DNA from: a virus
Taxonomy: Duplodnaviria > Caudoviricetes
Virus record (IMG/VR): IMGVR_UViG_3300032295_003392
Coordinates: 1-64,000 of that record
Length of the DNA: 64,000 nucleotides
Direction: 5' to 3' (one strand)
This document shows, piece after piece, positions 56,047-64,000 of this stretch. Within the stretch, counting starts at the first letter, position 1. Each line of letters starts with the position of its first letter. The position numbers and the translations under genes were made by a program. Under the pieces are notes generated by a model. The model worked only from the letters and a program-made list of their open reading frames with translations. It had not been told where the DNA came from and ran no database searches.

Positions 56047-57042
56047 ATGCATAAAATACTAATTACAGGCGTTGCTGGACTACTGGGTTCGAGAATGGCT
56101 GACTGGTTAATTCAAAACAAACCCAATTTCACAATTATAGGGATCGATGATTTGAGTGGTGGTTACAAAGAGAACATAAATGAGAAAGTCATTTTCTACA
56201 ATTTGAATCTAGTCAGTGAATCATTAGACCATATCTTTAATGAATGGAAGCCTGATTATGTTTACCATTTTGCTGCTTACGCAGCTGAAGGTTTATCTCC
56301 TTTCATCAGAATGTATAATTACCAAAATAATTTAGTTTCTACAGCGAATATAATAAACCAATGCATCAAACACGATGTTAAAAGATTAATATTCACTTCT
56401 TCTTTAGCAGTTTATGGACATGGTTATGGAGGTATCTTTGATGAAAATCAAATACCAAATCCAATAGACCCATACGGAGTTGCAAAATTTGGTTGTGAAA
56501 TGGATATTAAAATCGCCGGAGAACAACATGGATTAGATTGGTGTATTATCAGACCACATAACGTTTATGGTATAAAACAAAATATATGGGACAAATATAG
56601 GAATGTTCTTGGTATCTGGATGTATCAGCACATAAATAATCAACCAATGACTATCTTTGGTGATGGGAAACAAACTAGAGCTTTTAGTTACATCGATGAT
56701 ATCCTAGAACCTCTTTGGAATGCAGCTTCCAAAGTAGAGGCATCAAAAGAGATTATTAATCTTGGAGGTATCGAAGAGTATTCAATTTTAGATTGTGCTA
56801 ATACACTGAAACAGATTATTGGTTCAGGAGAATTAATTTTTCTCGATGGAAGACATGAGGTTAAACACTCAATACCCACTTGGGAGAAATCAGAAAAAAT
56901 ATTGGAATTCAAACACCAAACAAATTTGGAAAAGGGTTTGACTAAGATGTGGGAATGGGCACAAAGTCAGCCCAACAGAGACAGATTCATTTGGGATAGT
57001 TACGAAATTGATAATAAAATATATTCTTTTTGGAAAAAATAA
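56047..57042 (+). CDS. NAD-dependent nucleotide-sugar epimerase/dehydratase
   Basis: ITGVAGLLGS, FTSSLAVYG, YGVAK (YxxxK). Confidence 0.92.
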   Translation: MHKILITGVAGLLGSRMADWLIQNKPNFTIIGIDDLSGGYKENINEKVIFYNLNLVSESLDHIFNEWKPDYVYHFAAYAAEGLSPFIRMYNYQNNLVSTANIINQCIKHDVKRLIFTSSLAVYGHGYGGIFDENQIPNPIDPYGVAKFGCEMDIKIAGEQHGLDWCIIRPHNVYGIKQNIWDKYRNVLGIWMYQHINNQPMTIFGDGKQTRAFSYIDDILEPLWNAASKVEASKEIINLGGIEEYSILDCANTLKQIIGSGELIFLDGRHEVKHSIPTWEKSEKILEFKHQTNLEKGLTKMWEWAQSQPNRDRFIWDSYEIDNKIYSFWKK

Positions 57043-57085
57043 AGAACAAAATATTTTTAGTTCATAAAACAATAAAGCTAGATAA

Positions 57086-57787
57086 ATGAATTTTTTTTCA
57101 ATAGCCATACCAACTTATGAAATGAAAGGCAAAGGTGTGGATTTTCTTGATTTCTCTTTCAATAAATTAATAAATCAAAATTTCAATGATTTTGAGGTAG
57201 TTATCTCTGACCACAGTAAGGACTCTTTGATAGAAGAACTGTGTAATGTCTGGAGGACCAAACTAAATATAAAATATTACCGAAATTATTCTGAAGTCGG
57301 TAGTTCATCGGCGAATATTAATAATGCTATACTTAATTCTACTGGACAATGGATAAAAATCTTATTTCAAGATGACTTTTTGTTTGATGAAAATTCATTG
57401 ATGATTACACACGACTCAATAAAATCAAATTTGGATTCGAATTGGTTTGTATCGAGTTGCCAACACAGTAGTGATGGTTATTCATTTTATAGAGAATTTA
57501 TTCCACACTGGAATGACAAAATGATATACGGTAACAATACTATAAGTTCCCCAAGTGTATTAACCATTAAGAATGATGAAAATAAATTGTTATTCGATAA
57601 AGACTATATCTGGCTAATGGATTGTGATTATTATCAAAGATGTTATAATCTTTTCGGAGCCCCAACGATAATAAATCAAGTAACGGTTGTGAACAGAACC
57701 TGGGCAAATCAAGTTACAAATGAACTCAGTTTTGAAATAAAAAATAAGGAACATTACCAAATTCTAAAAAAACATAATGTAATATGA
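57086..57787 (+). CDS. Glycosyltransferase family 2
   Basis: SIAIPTYE, ISDHS, LFQDD, WLMDCD. Confidence 0.85.
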   Translation: MNFFSIAIPTYEMKGKGVDFLDFSFNKLINQNFNDFEVVISDHSKDSLIEELCNVWRTKLNIKYYRNYSEVGSSSANINNAILNSTGQWIKILFQDDFLFDENSLMITHDSIKSNLDSNWFVSSCQHSSDGYSFYREFIPHWNDKMIYGNNTISSPSVLTIKNDENKLLFDKDYIWLMDCDYYQRCYNLFGAPTIINQVTVVNRTWANQVTNELSFEIKNKEHYQILKKHNVI

Positions 57788-58431
57788 TATTATTAAATAA
57801 TGTAACGATAGTTTCTGTAGCTTGCGTTAGGGCCGAACAAACATTAAAGGCAATAAAACACTCAATGAAAGGTATCGAATTTAACAAATCCATTTTGTTT
57901 ACAAACCAAAATATTGTTGACGATACAGTCGAGATTGTTAAAATAGATAATTTAGACTATGAAGGTTATAATAAATTTATTGTTTATGACCTACATAAGT
58001 ATATTACTACAGATTTTGTTTTGATTGTTCAAGACGATGGTTTTGTAATTAATCCTCAAATGTGGAGGGATGATTTTTTTAAATATGATTACATAGGTGC
58101 ACCATGGCCATTACCCAGTGATAATTTTAGTTTTAGGGATCCTTTCAATAATATAATCAGGGTAGGTAATGGTGGTTTCTCCTTAAGAACAAAAAAAATA
58201 CTTTCTTTACCAACTAGTCTGAATGTAGAGTGGAAAAGTTATTTCGGATTTTATAATGAGGATGGATTTTTTACTTGCCACAACAGACACCTTTTCGAGA
58301 AAGAGGGATGTGTTTACGCACCATTGGACATCGCTAAATACTTTTCACATGAATCAGAAATACCGGAAATACAAGGTATCCTACCATTTGGATTTCATGG
58401 TAAATGGTCAAAATATTTTACAGTACTATAA
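57784..58431 (+). CDS. DUF5672-like putative glycosyltransferase
   Basis: VQDDG, DYIGAPW, VGNGGFSLR, NEDGFF. Confidence 0.8.
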   Translation: MILLNNVTIVSVACVRAEQTLKAIKHSMKGIEFNKSILFTNQNIVDDTVEIVKIDNLDYEGYNKFIVYDLHKYITTDFVLIVQDDGFVINPQMWRDDFFKYDYIGAPWPLPSDNFSFRDPFNNIIRVGNGGFSLRTKKILSLPTSLNVEWKSYFGFYNEDGFFTCHNRHLFEKEGCVYAPLDIAKYFSHESEIPEIQGILPFGFHGKWSKYFTVL

Positions 58432-59150
58432 TGAATTTTTTTTGTATATCTAACTACAACAATGATTTGGATTGGTTGAGAGATTTCCCCAACCCACACA
58501 TAATTTATGATAAAACTTGGAATGGTGGAGCAATTGATAACTACAACAGTAGTTATTTAGCACCCATCGATCTTAAGAAAAAATATCCTGATTTCAATAT
58601 CGTAAACGGTAATCAGAATGGTTATAATATCAATGATTATCTTACATTCATTATTGATAACTATGATAATTTACCAGAGGTTACCGCTTTCATAAAGGGT
58701 AATACTATTGGTAGACATGTTAGTAAAGAATATTTTTACAAAGTTATAAATAACAAAACCTTCACACCATTAGTTGACCCAACACAACATGAACCGATGA
58801 AAAACGATTATGCAATGTGGTCATGTGATGGTCTATGGATGGAAACAAATGATAGTTGGTACTTATATTTACCAAATCACCCAACAAGATATTTTAAAAA
58901 CTATAATGTTTTTTTAAAATTCTGTTTCACAAACCCAATTTTACCAAAATATGTTACCTTTCCACCTGGTGGCAACTTTGTAGTACCCAAAGATTACATA
59001 CTAAAATATGATAAAATTTTTTATCAAAACCTTAGGAAGTTTGTAGAGTATGAGAGAGTTCCTGGCGAGGGTCAAATGATAGAAAGAGCTTTATATACAA
59101 TTTGGTGTTGCAATTATGAGGTTTCAGAAAATATGAAAAAATTAATTTAA
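58431..59150 (+). CDS. DUF3431-like putative glycosyltransferase
   Basis: SNYNNDLDW, YLTFIIDNYDNLP, GGNFVV, IER; TAATG overlap. Confidence 0.7.
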   Translation: MNFFCISNYNNDLDWLRDFPNPHIIYDKTWNGGAIDNYNSSYLAPIDLKKKYPDFNIVNGNQNGYNINDYLTFIIDNYDNLPEVTAFIKGNTIGRHVSKEYFYKVINNKTFTPLVDPTQHEPMKNDYAMWSCDGLWMETNDSWYLYLPNHPTRYFKNYNVFLKFCFTNPILPKYVTFPPGGNFVVPKDYILKYDKIFYQNLRKFVEYERVPGEGQMIERALYTIWCCNYEVSENMKKLI

Positions 59151-59153
59151 AAT

Positions 59154-60083
59154 ATGTTAGTATCTACCATGACAGGAAATCTTGGCAATCATATGTGGAA
59201 CTATGTTCTATGCAGAGTTGTTGCTGAAAAATTAGGATATGATTGGGGTGTAAATCCCATTCCAACACATGATTACTATAATGGATCGAATCAAATGTAT
59301 TTCATGGATGTCAACTTTGGGAAACCCGTCGAAGTCGTTGGTAAAAACTCAAGAGGATTAAATATTTATAAAGATATACCAAATGAATATTACGATACTC
59401 CCAAGGGTTATACTTATGATAATAATGAGTGTCTTATAAATCATTTTGATTCAGGAGTATTCAGTATACAAGATAACACAATGATTCATTTAATCTCACA
59501 GTCTGAAGATTATCTTATAGATAGAAAAAAAGATATTGAATCATGGTTCACTATAAAAGAATCTTATTCAAATGAATATCAAAATAGACTAACTAATGCT
59601 GGTTTGGAATTGAACCAAGACCTTTGTGTTATAAATTTTAGAGGTGGGGAGTTTCTTTCGGTGCATAATTTGGTACCAAGGCCCGAATATTGGAGGGATT
59701 CCATAAACTATATGAAATCAATAAACCCAAATATGAATTTCATAATCATCACTGATGATACCCAATCAGCAACCAGATATATTGGCAATTATCCTTGTTA
59801 CCACTTTGACATAGGTATGGATTTCTACATAATAAATCAATCTAAATATTCCATATTGAGTAATTCGAGTTTTGGATGGTGGGCTTCGTGGCTTAATACG
59901 CAATCAAAATTGACAATTGGGCCAAAATATTGGGGTAGACATAATATAAGTGACGGATATTGGTCATTGGGTGACCAATATGTAAGAGGGTGGTATTATA
60001 TGGGTCGAGATGGATCACTTTATGACTACGATACTTGTAAACAAGAGGCTCAAGAATACTATAAAAATAAAAACTTAATATAA
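59154..60083 (+). CDS. Alpha-1,2-fucosyltransferase-like (GT11)
   Basis: GNLGNHMW, INFRGGE (variant of HxRRGD), SNSSFGWWASWL. Confidence 0.8.
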   Translation: MLVSTMTGNLGNHMWNYVLCRVVAEKLGYDWGVNPIPTHDYYNGSNQMYFMDVNFGKPVEVVGKNSRGLNIYKDIPNEYYDTPKGYTYDNNECLINHFDSGVFSIQDNTMIHLISQSEDYLIDRKKDIESWFTIKESYSNEYQNRLTNAGLELNQDLCVINFRGGEFLSVHNLVPRPEYWRDSINYMKSINPNMNFIIITDDTQSATRYIGNYPCYHFDIGMDFYIINQSKYSILSNSSFGWWASWLNTQSKLTIGPKYWGRHNISDGYWSLGDQYVRGWYYMGRDGSLYDYDTCKQEAQEYYKNKNLI

Positions 60084-60955
60084 TGGCAAAGATATACGAT
60101 TGTTTTCCTTTTTTTAATGAATTGGATATCTTAGAAATAAGACTGGAAATATTATATGATTATGTTGATTATTTTATCATAAGTGAGTGTGACTCAACAT
60201 TCAGTGGACTAGATAAACCTTTCTATTTTGAAGAAAATAAAGAGAAATATTCCAAATATCTGGATAAAATAATTCACATCAAACATACAAACACAAAAGA
60301 CTATATAAATAGGGAATCAGTATATGAAAATAGACAACTTGAAATTTATAATGATATAAATCGAAGATTAGATTTTATGATGAAATCTCCTAAGACCGAC
60401 TATGGTGCACCTCATTGGTGTAGAGATTTTTTCCACAAGGAATTAATTATGTTAGCTACTGATATTTGTGAACCAGATGACATAATATTGTTTGGAGATT
60501 GTGATGAAATACCCAATTTAGAAAAAATTCCAATTGACGGAAATACCTATGTAACATATCAAAAGAATATGTTATATTACATTGATTTGGAGAATAAATC
60601 TGAGAAATGGTTTGGAACCGTAATAACAAAACATAAAAATTTAAAAGATGGATCTTTTATGTTTACAAGAGACCACAGACAAACTCTTCTTCCGATTGAG
60701 AATGGTGGTTGGCATTTGAGTTGGATGGGTGGAAGAGACAGAATAATGAAAAAATTACTTAGTTGGAGTCACCAAGAATACAACAATCAATATTTTCAAT
60801 CTAAAATTAAATACCAAGCAGACGAGAAAAAGGATTTTTTCGATAGAAATATTAATATAGAAGATATTATTTTGGAAGACTATTACCCTTCTAATATATT
60901 GGATTTTATCAGAAAAAAATTTCCATATTTAATAAAAAATAATAATAAACAATGA
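60083..60955 (+). CDS. GT17 beta-1,4-N-acetylglucosaminyltransferase-like
   Basis: IYDCFPFFNELDILEIRL, GDCDEIP, GWHLSW. Confidence 0.85.
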   Translation: MAKIYDCFPFFNELDILEIRLEILYDYVDYFIISECDSTFSGLDKPFYFEENKEKYSKYLDKIIHIKHTNTKDYINRESVYENRQLEIYNDINRRLDFMMKSPKTDYGAPHWCRDFFHKELIMLATDICEPDDIILFGDCDEIPNLEKIPIDGNTYVTYQKNMLYYIDLENKSEKWFGTVITKHKNLKDGSFMFTRDHRQTLLPIENGGWHLSWMGGRDRIMKKLLSWSHQEYNNQYFQSKIKYQADEKKDFFDRNINIEDIILEDYYPSNILDFIRKKFPYLIKNNNKQ

Positions 60956-61551
60956 ATGAAAACTATTACGAATTAGTAAATGCGAATCAAATTTTAAATG
61001 TTTCGAGGATGGGACCTCATAGGTCCCCTTTTGATAAAGAAAACAACCTTTTTGGATTATATGATTTTATAAAACACCATGATACAAAAGACAAAGTTAT
61101 TGTAGAAATTGGCTGTTATCTGGGAATATCAACAGAATTATTTGCGATGTTTTGTAAAGAGATAACATCAATTGATTTGTGGGGTATGGATGAAAGCTAT
61201 GATGGTGGTGAAAACCCCAAAGAATTCTGGCCAATAGTAGAAAGATTAGCAAATGAAAGACTTTCCAAATACTCGAATGCTAAATTGGTCAAAAACAGTG
61301 GTTTTCTTGCAAGTCAAACATTCGAATCAGAGTCTATAGATTTGCTTTACCTTGATGGTAATCATTCATTTGAATCAGTTGTGAATGATGCTAAACTCTG
61401 GCACGAAAAAATTAAAGTGGGCGGGGTCTTATCAGGACACGATTATAATATATCTACTGTACAAAAAGCTGTGAACTATATTTTAGACACTATGGAATAT
61501 TCAGATTTGAACATCTTCGGTGACACATCTTGGTCCCTCATAAAAAAATAA
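60952..61551 (+). CDS. Class I SAM-dependent methyltransferase (Methyltransf_24-like)
   Basis: VEIGCYLG, LYLDGNHS, GGVLSGHDY. Confidence 0.85.
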   Translation: MNENYYELVNANQILNVSRMGPHRSPFDKENNLFGLYDFIKHHDTKDKVIVEIGCYLGISTELFAMFCKEITSIDLWGMDESYDGGENPKEFWPIVERLANERLSKYSNAKLVKNSGFLASQTFESESIDLLYLDGNHSFESVVNDAKLWHEKIKVGGVLSGHDYNISTVQKAVNYILDTMEYSDLNIFGDTSWSLIKK

Positions 61552-61558
61552 TATACAA

Positions 61559-62362
61559 TTGAAAACTATTAATTTTGTAAGTGGTGGTCAACTAGGTGAT
61601 GTAATACATGCACTATTCGCTGTAAGAAATATTTGTCATAGAAATAATGCAAAAGCGAACTTATATATCTCTGACCTTTCTTACAATATGGTAGGTTGTG
61701 GCAATTTTACTTATGACTTAGAAAAAACACAAAAGGATATGCATAAGTTGATGAGTACACAAGATTATATAAATTATTTCGGTATTTTCCCCAGAGATTT
61801 TAAAGAAGATTTTATCAATCTAAGCATTTGGAGAGACCATATAGAACAAACAAAAATAAATGGATATTATAGCAAGTGTTGGACAGATATATTAAAAGAT
61901 ACATTCACTCTGGACTTAGAAAATGATGACTTTACCCCATGGATAAATGTTTTAGAAGATGACAATCAAACTAAAAATAAAGTTTTAATCCACAGGTCGA
62001 TTCATAGACATAATACATCCTTTAGATGGGATTTTTATTTGGATAAGATAGATGGTGATATATTATTTATTACCACAAATGAGCAAGAATGGGATATATT
62101 TCCATACAAAAAACAAAATATGAGTTTATATTTGAAAGATAATATATTTGATGTTGCAAAAGCTATAAATTCATGTAAATACTTTATAGGCAATCAATCA
62201 TCTAATTTCGCACTTGCTTGTTCTCTGAACATACCAAGATTAGTAGAATTGTCTTATCTTTCTGACAAATTTTATAGTGGTGAGATAAAATATTTCGATA
62301 ACATGTCATTTTTTTTCAACGAAAATGATAAACACTATTCGGAAAATTGCCCTTTCTACTAA
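61559..62362 (+). CDS. GT9-like (GT-B) glycosyltransferase
   Basis: GQLGDVIHAL, YFIGNQSSNFALA; TTG start. Confidence 0.6.
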   Translation: MKTINFVSGGQLGDVIHALFAVRNICHRNNAKANLYISDLSYNMVGCGNFTYDLEKTQKDMHKLMSTQDYINYFGIFPRDFKEDFINLSIWRDHIEQTKINGYYSKCWTDILKDTFTLDLENDDFTPWINVLEDDNQTKNKVLIHRSIHRHNTSFRWDFYLDKIDGDILFITTNEQEWDIFPYKKQNMSLYLKDNIFDVAKAINSCKYFIGNQSSNFALACSLNIPRLVELSYLSDKFYSGEIKYFDNMSFFFNENDKHYSENCPFY

Positions 62363-62391
62363 TTATGAAAAAATAAAAATTATAAAAAAAT

Positions 62392-63609
62392 ATGAAGGAA
62401 CTATTCACTTTGGGAAATTTATATGTCTCTGATTTTCTAAAAGATGACGAAAAACCAAGAGGTCCAAAAACAGAATTAAAATTTATGTTAGAAGAAAGTG
62501 GCGCTGTCAGATTAGAAAAAACAGCACCATTGGATACTATGTATGGAAAATATTGGTATAGATCTGGTATCAATAATACAATGAGGAATGAATTGAAAAA
62601 CATAGTTGATTCGATAAAGGGGATAATTCTTTTGAAAGAAAACGATTTATGGATTGATATTGCCTGTAATGATGGTACCTTGCTCAGTTACGTACCCGAC
62701 AATTTAATAAAAGTTGGCATCGATCCAGTCGATGATTCTTATAAAATAGAATCAGAAAAATACGCAAATCTTATAATTCAAGATTACTTTAGTTCGGACG
62801 TATTCAAAAAATCAAAATTCGGAAATTTGAAAGCTAAAGTTATAACATCAATAGCAATGTTTTATGATTTAGAAAATCCAAAACAATTTATAAATGACAT
62901 CAAAGAAGTTTTGGATGATGACGGTGTTTGGGTTTTACAATTATCCTACACGCCTTTGATGATTGAACAAATGGCATTTGATAATATTTGCCATGAACAC
63001 GTTTACTATTATTCACTTTTTAATTTGAAAAATATGTTTGACGAATGTGGTGTTGACATTGTTGATGTGCAGCTAAATGATATAAATGGAGGATCTTTTA
63101 GAATTTATTGCATGAAAAATACTGCGGATAAAACAAAGTTTAGTACCCAACCACACAGAGATGTTTGTGGTTTTAGAATTAACTCATTATTAGAATATGA
63201 AAAAACTTTGAATCTAGATAATCCAAAAACGTGGTCTGACTTCTATGACGAAATAAACAAATTAAAAGATAAAACGATTTCATTCATCAAAGAAGAAAAA
63301 TCTAAAGGAAAAAAAATATGGGCTTATGGTGCCTCCACAAAGGGTAATACTCTTTTACAATATTTTGGTCTTGACCACAATTTAATTGAGGGTATAGCGG
63401 AAAGAAGCATTCACAAATTTGGTTTGAAAACTGTTGGTACAGAAATTCCCATCTTTTCTGAAGATGAAATGCGTAAGGCAAAACCCGATTACTTATTAGT
63501 TTTGCCTTGGCATTTTATTAATGAATTCATCAATAGAGAAAAGGAATTTCTTTTTCGAGGGGGTAAATTTATCGTACCTTGTCCCAAATTTAACATAATT
63601 GGTATATAA
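62392..63609 (+). CDS. NDP-hexose C-methyltransferase-like
   Basis: YWYRSG, DIACNDG, HEHVYYYS, WAYGASTKGNTLL. Confidence 0.88.
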   Translation: MKELFTLGNLYVSDFLKDDEKPRGPKTELKFMLEESGAVRLEKTAPLDTMYGKYWYRSGINNTMRNELKNIVDSIKGIILLKENDLWIDIACNDGTLLSYVPDNLIKVGIDPVDDSYKIESEKYANLIIQDYFSSDVFKKSKFGNLKAKVITSIAMFYDLENPKQFINDIKEVLDDDGVWVLQLSYTPLMIEQMAFDNICHEHVYYYSLFNLKNMFDECGVDIVDVQLNDINGGSFRIYCMKNTADKTKFSTQPHRDVCGFRINSLLEYEKTLNLDNPKTWSDFYDEINKLKDKTISFIKEEKSKGKKIWAYGASTKGNTLLQYFGLDHNLIEGIAERSIHKFGLKTVGTEIPIFSEDEMRKAKPDYLLVLPWHFINEFINREKEFLFRGGKFIVPCPKFNIIGI

Positions 63610-63625
63610 AAAATAAATAAATAAT

Positions 63626-64000
63626 ATGGAAAATGTAAGAATAATTGAAAGCGAGTTTGAAAGTTCGACACAAGCGTTAAACGCTTTATTAGAATATAAT
63701 AATAACAATAATATCATACAAGACATGTCAAATGTTGTGTTTGTAGATGTTGGTGCTGGTATGCCAGAATATTACTCAAATTCATTAAAATTTAGAGAGT
63801 TGGGGGCTAAAATAATAGCAATAGAACCCATACCATCATTTTGTGAGATGTTTAGACATAAGAATTGGGATGTTTTGGAATATGCTGTTACCAAAGATGA
63901 TTCACAAGATATGGTATTATTCACTGAAATGAGACACAGTGGTGATTTTCTTGGTTTAGCTGGTTCTGCGATTAAAGGTTATAATGATGATGCTATTATT
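63626..64000 (+). CDS. FkbM-family methyltransferase, 3'-truncated by the window edge
   Basis: Open frame MENVRII...VFVDVGAG...IIAIEP...EYAV running to the window end; not in the ORF track. Confidence 0.75.
   Translation, partial: MENVRIIESEFESSTQALNALLEYNNNNNIIQDMSNVVFVDVGAGMPEYYSNSLKFRELGAKIIAIEPIPSFCEMFRHKNWDVLEYAVTKDDSQDMVLFTEMRHSGDFLGLAGSAIKGYNDDAII

Noticed and set aside
955-63726. Numerous 60-190 aa ORFs antisense to or nested in longer genes (e.g. 4390, 7673, 22783, 51970, 52594, 53311)
   Set aside because: They fully overlap well-supported genes and show no motifs; typical shadow ORFs.
1-64000. Stop-codon reassignment (as in some huge phages)
   Set aside because: Long conserved genes are intact in the standard code, and TAA, TAG and TGA all terminate genes at sensible positions.
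1-64000. CRISPR array, introns, inteins, homing endonucleases, transposases
   Set aside because: No spaced direct repeats seen; RecA, gp46, ClpC and DHS are uninterrupted; no HNH, GIY-YIG, LAGLIDADG or DDE motifs recognised.
1-64000. Bacterial chromosome interpretation (greA, rpsU, rpsA, clpC, folA, trxA)
   Set aside because: These genes are scattered among T4-like uvsX and gp46, neck-like and giant virion-type ORFs and many small hypotheticals, with none of their normal bacterial operon neighbours.

Overview
AT-rich, densely coded segment of a large (jumbo/huge) T4-like tailed-phage genome in the standard genetic code, almost certainly infecting a Bacteroidota host. Host evidence: ten TTTG-N19/20-TAnnTTTG housekeeping promoters, no obvious Shine-Dalgarno motifs, and Bacteroidota-style bS21, GreA, ClpC and DHS. 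Contents from left to right: Nudix hydrolase and a minimal ligase; GT2-TPR; a complete phage-encoded two-component module (two paralogous histidine kinases, a stand-alone receiver, a 2-TM coiled-coil protein); small early genes with tRNA-Cys and tRNA-Arg; GreA; UvsX/RecA, RuvC-like and gp46-like recombination genes; bS21 and DnaJ; very large putative virion proteins (2417, 1443, 1066 and 744 aa); M16 peptidase; a 4-domain S1 protein; ECF sigma and thioredoxin; deoxyhypusine synthase-like and AsnRS-like enzymes; M28 peptidase, DHFR and an N-domain-less ClpC; and a >10 kb glycosyltransferase/methyltransferase cluster running off the right edge. Sequence-level signals not covered by the ORF track: two distinct promoter classes (host-type, mostly only 4-5 nt from the ATG, versus a TTAATATATA motif), a shared C-terminal R-x-x-[KR]-[LI]-x-x-[LI]-[LI] peptide on unrelated small proteins, an N-terminal MKx[IL]KxF motif on others, and a duplicated bidirectional terminator. 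All product calls come from motif recognition by eye; no database search was run.
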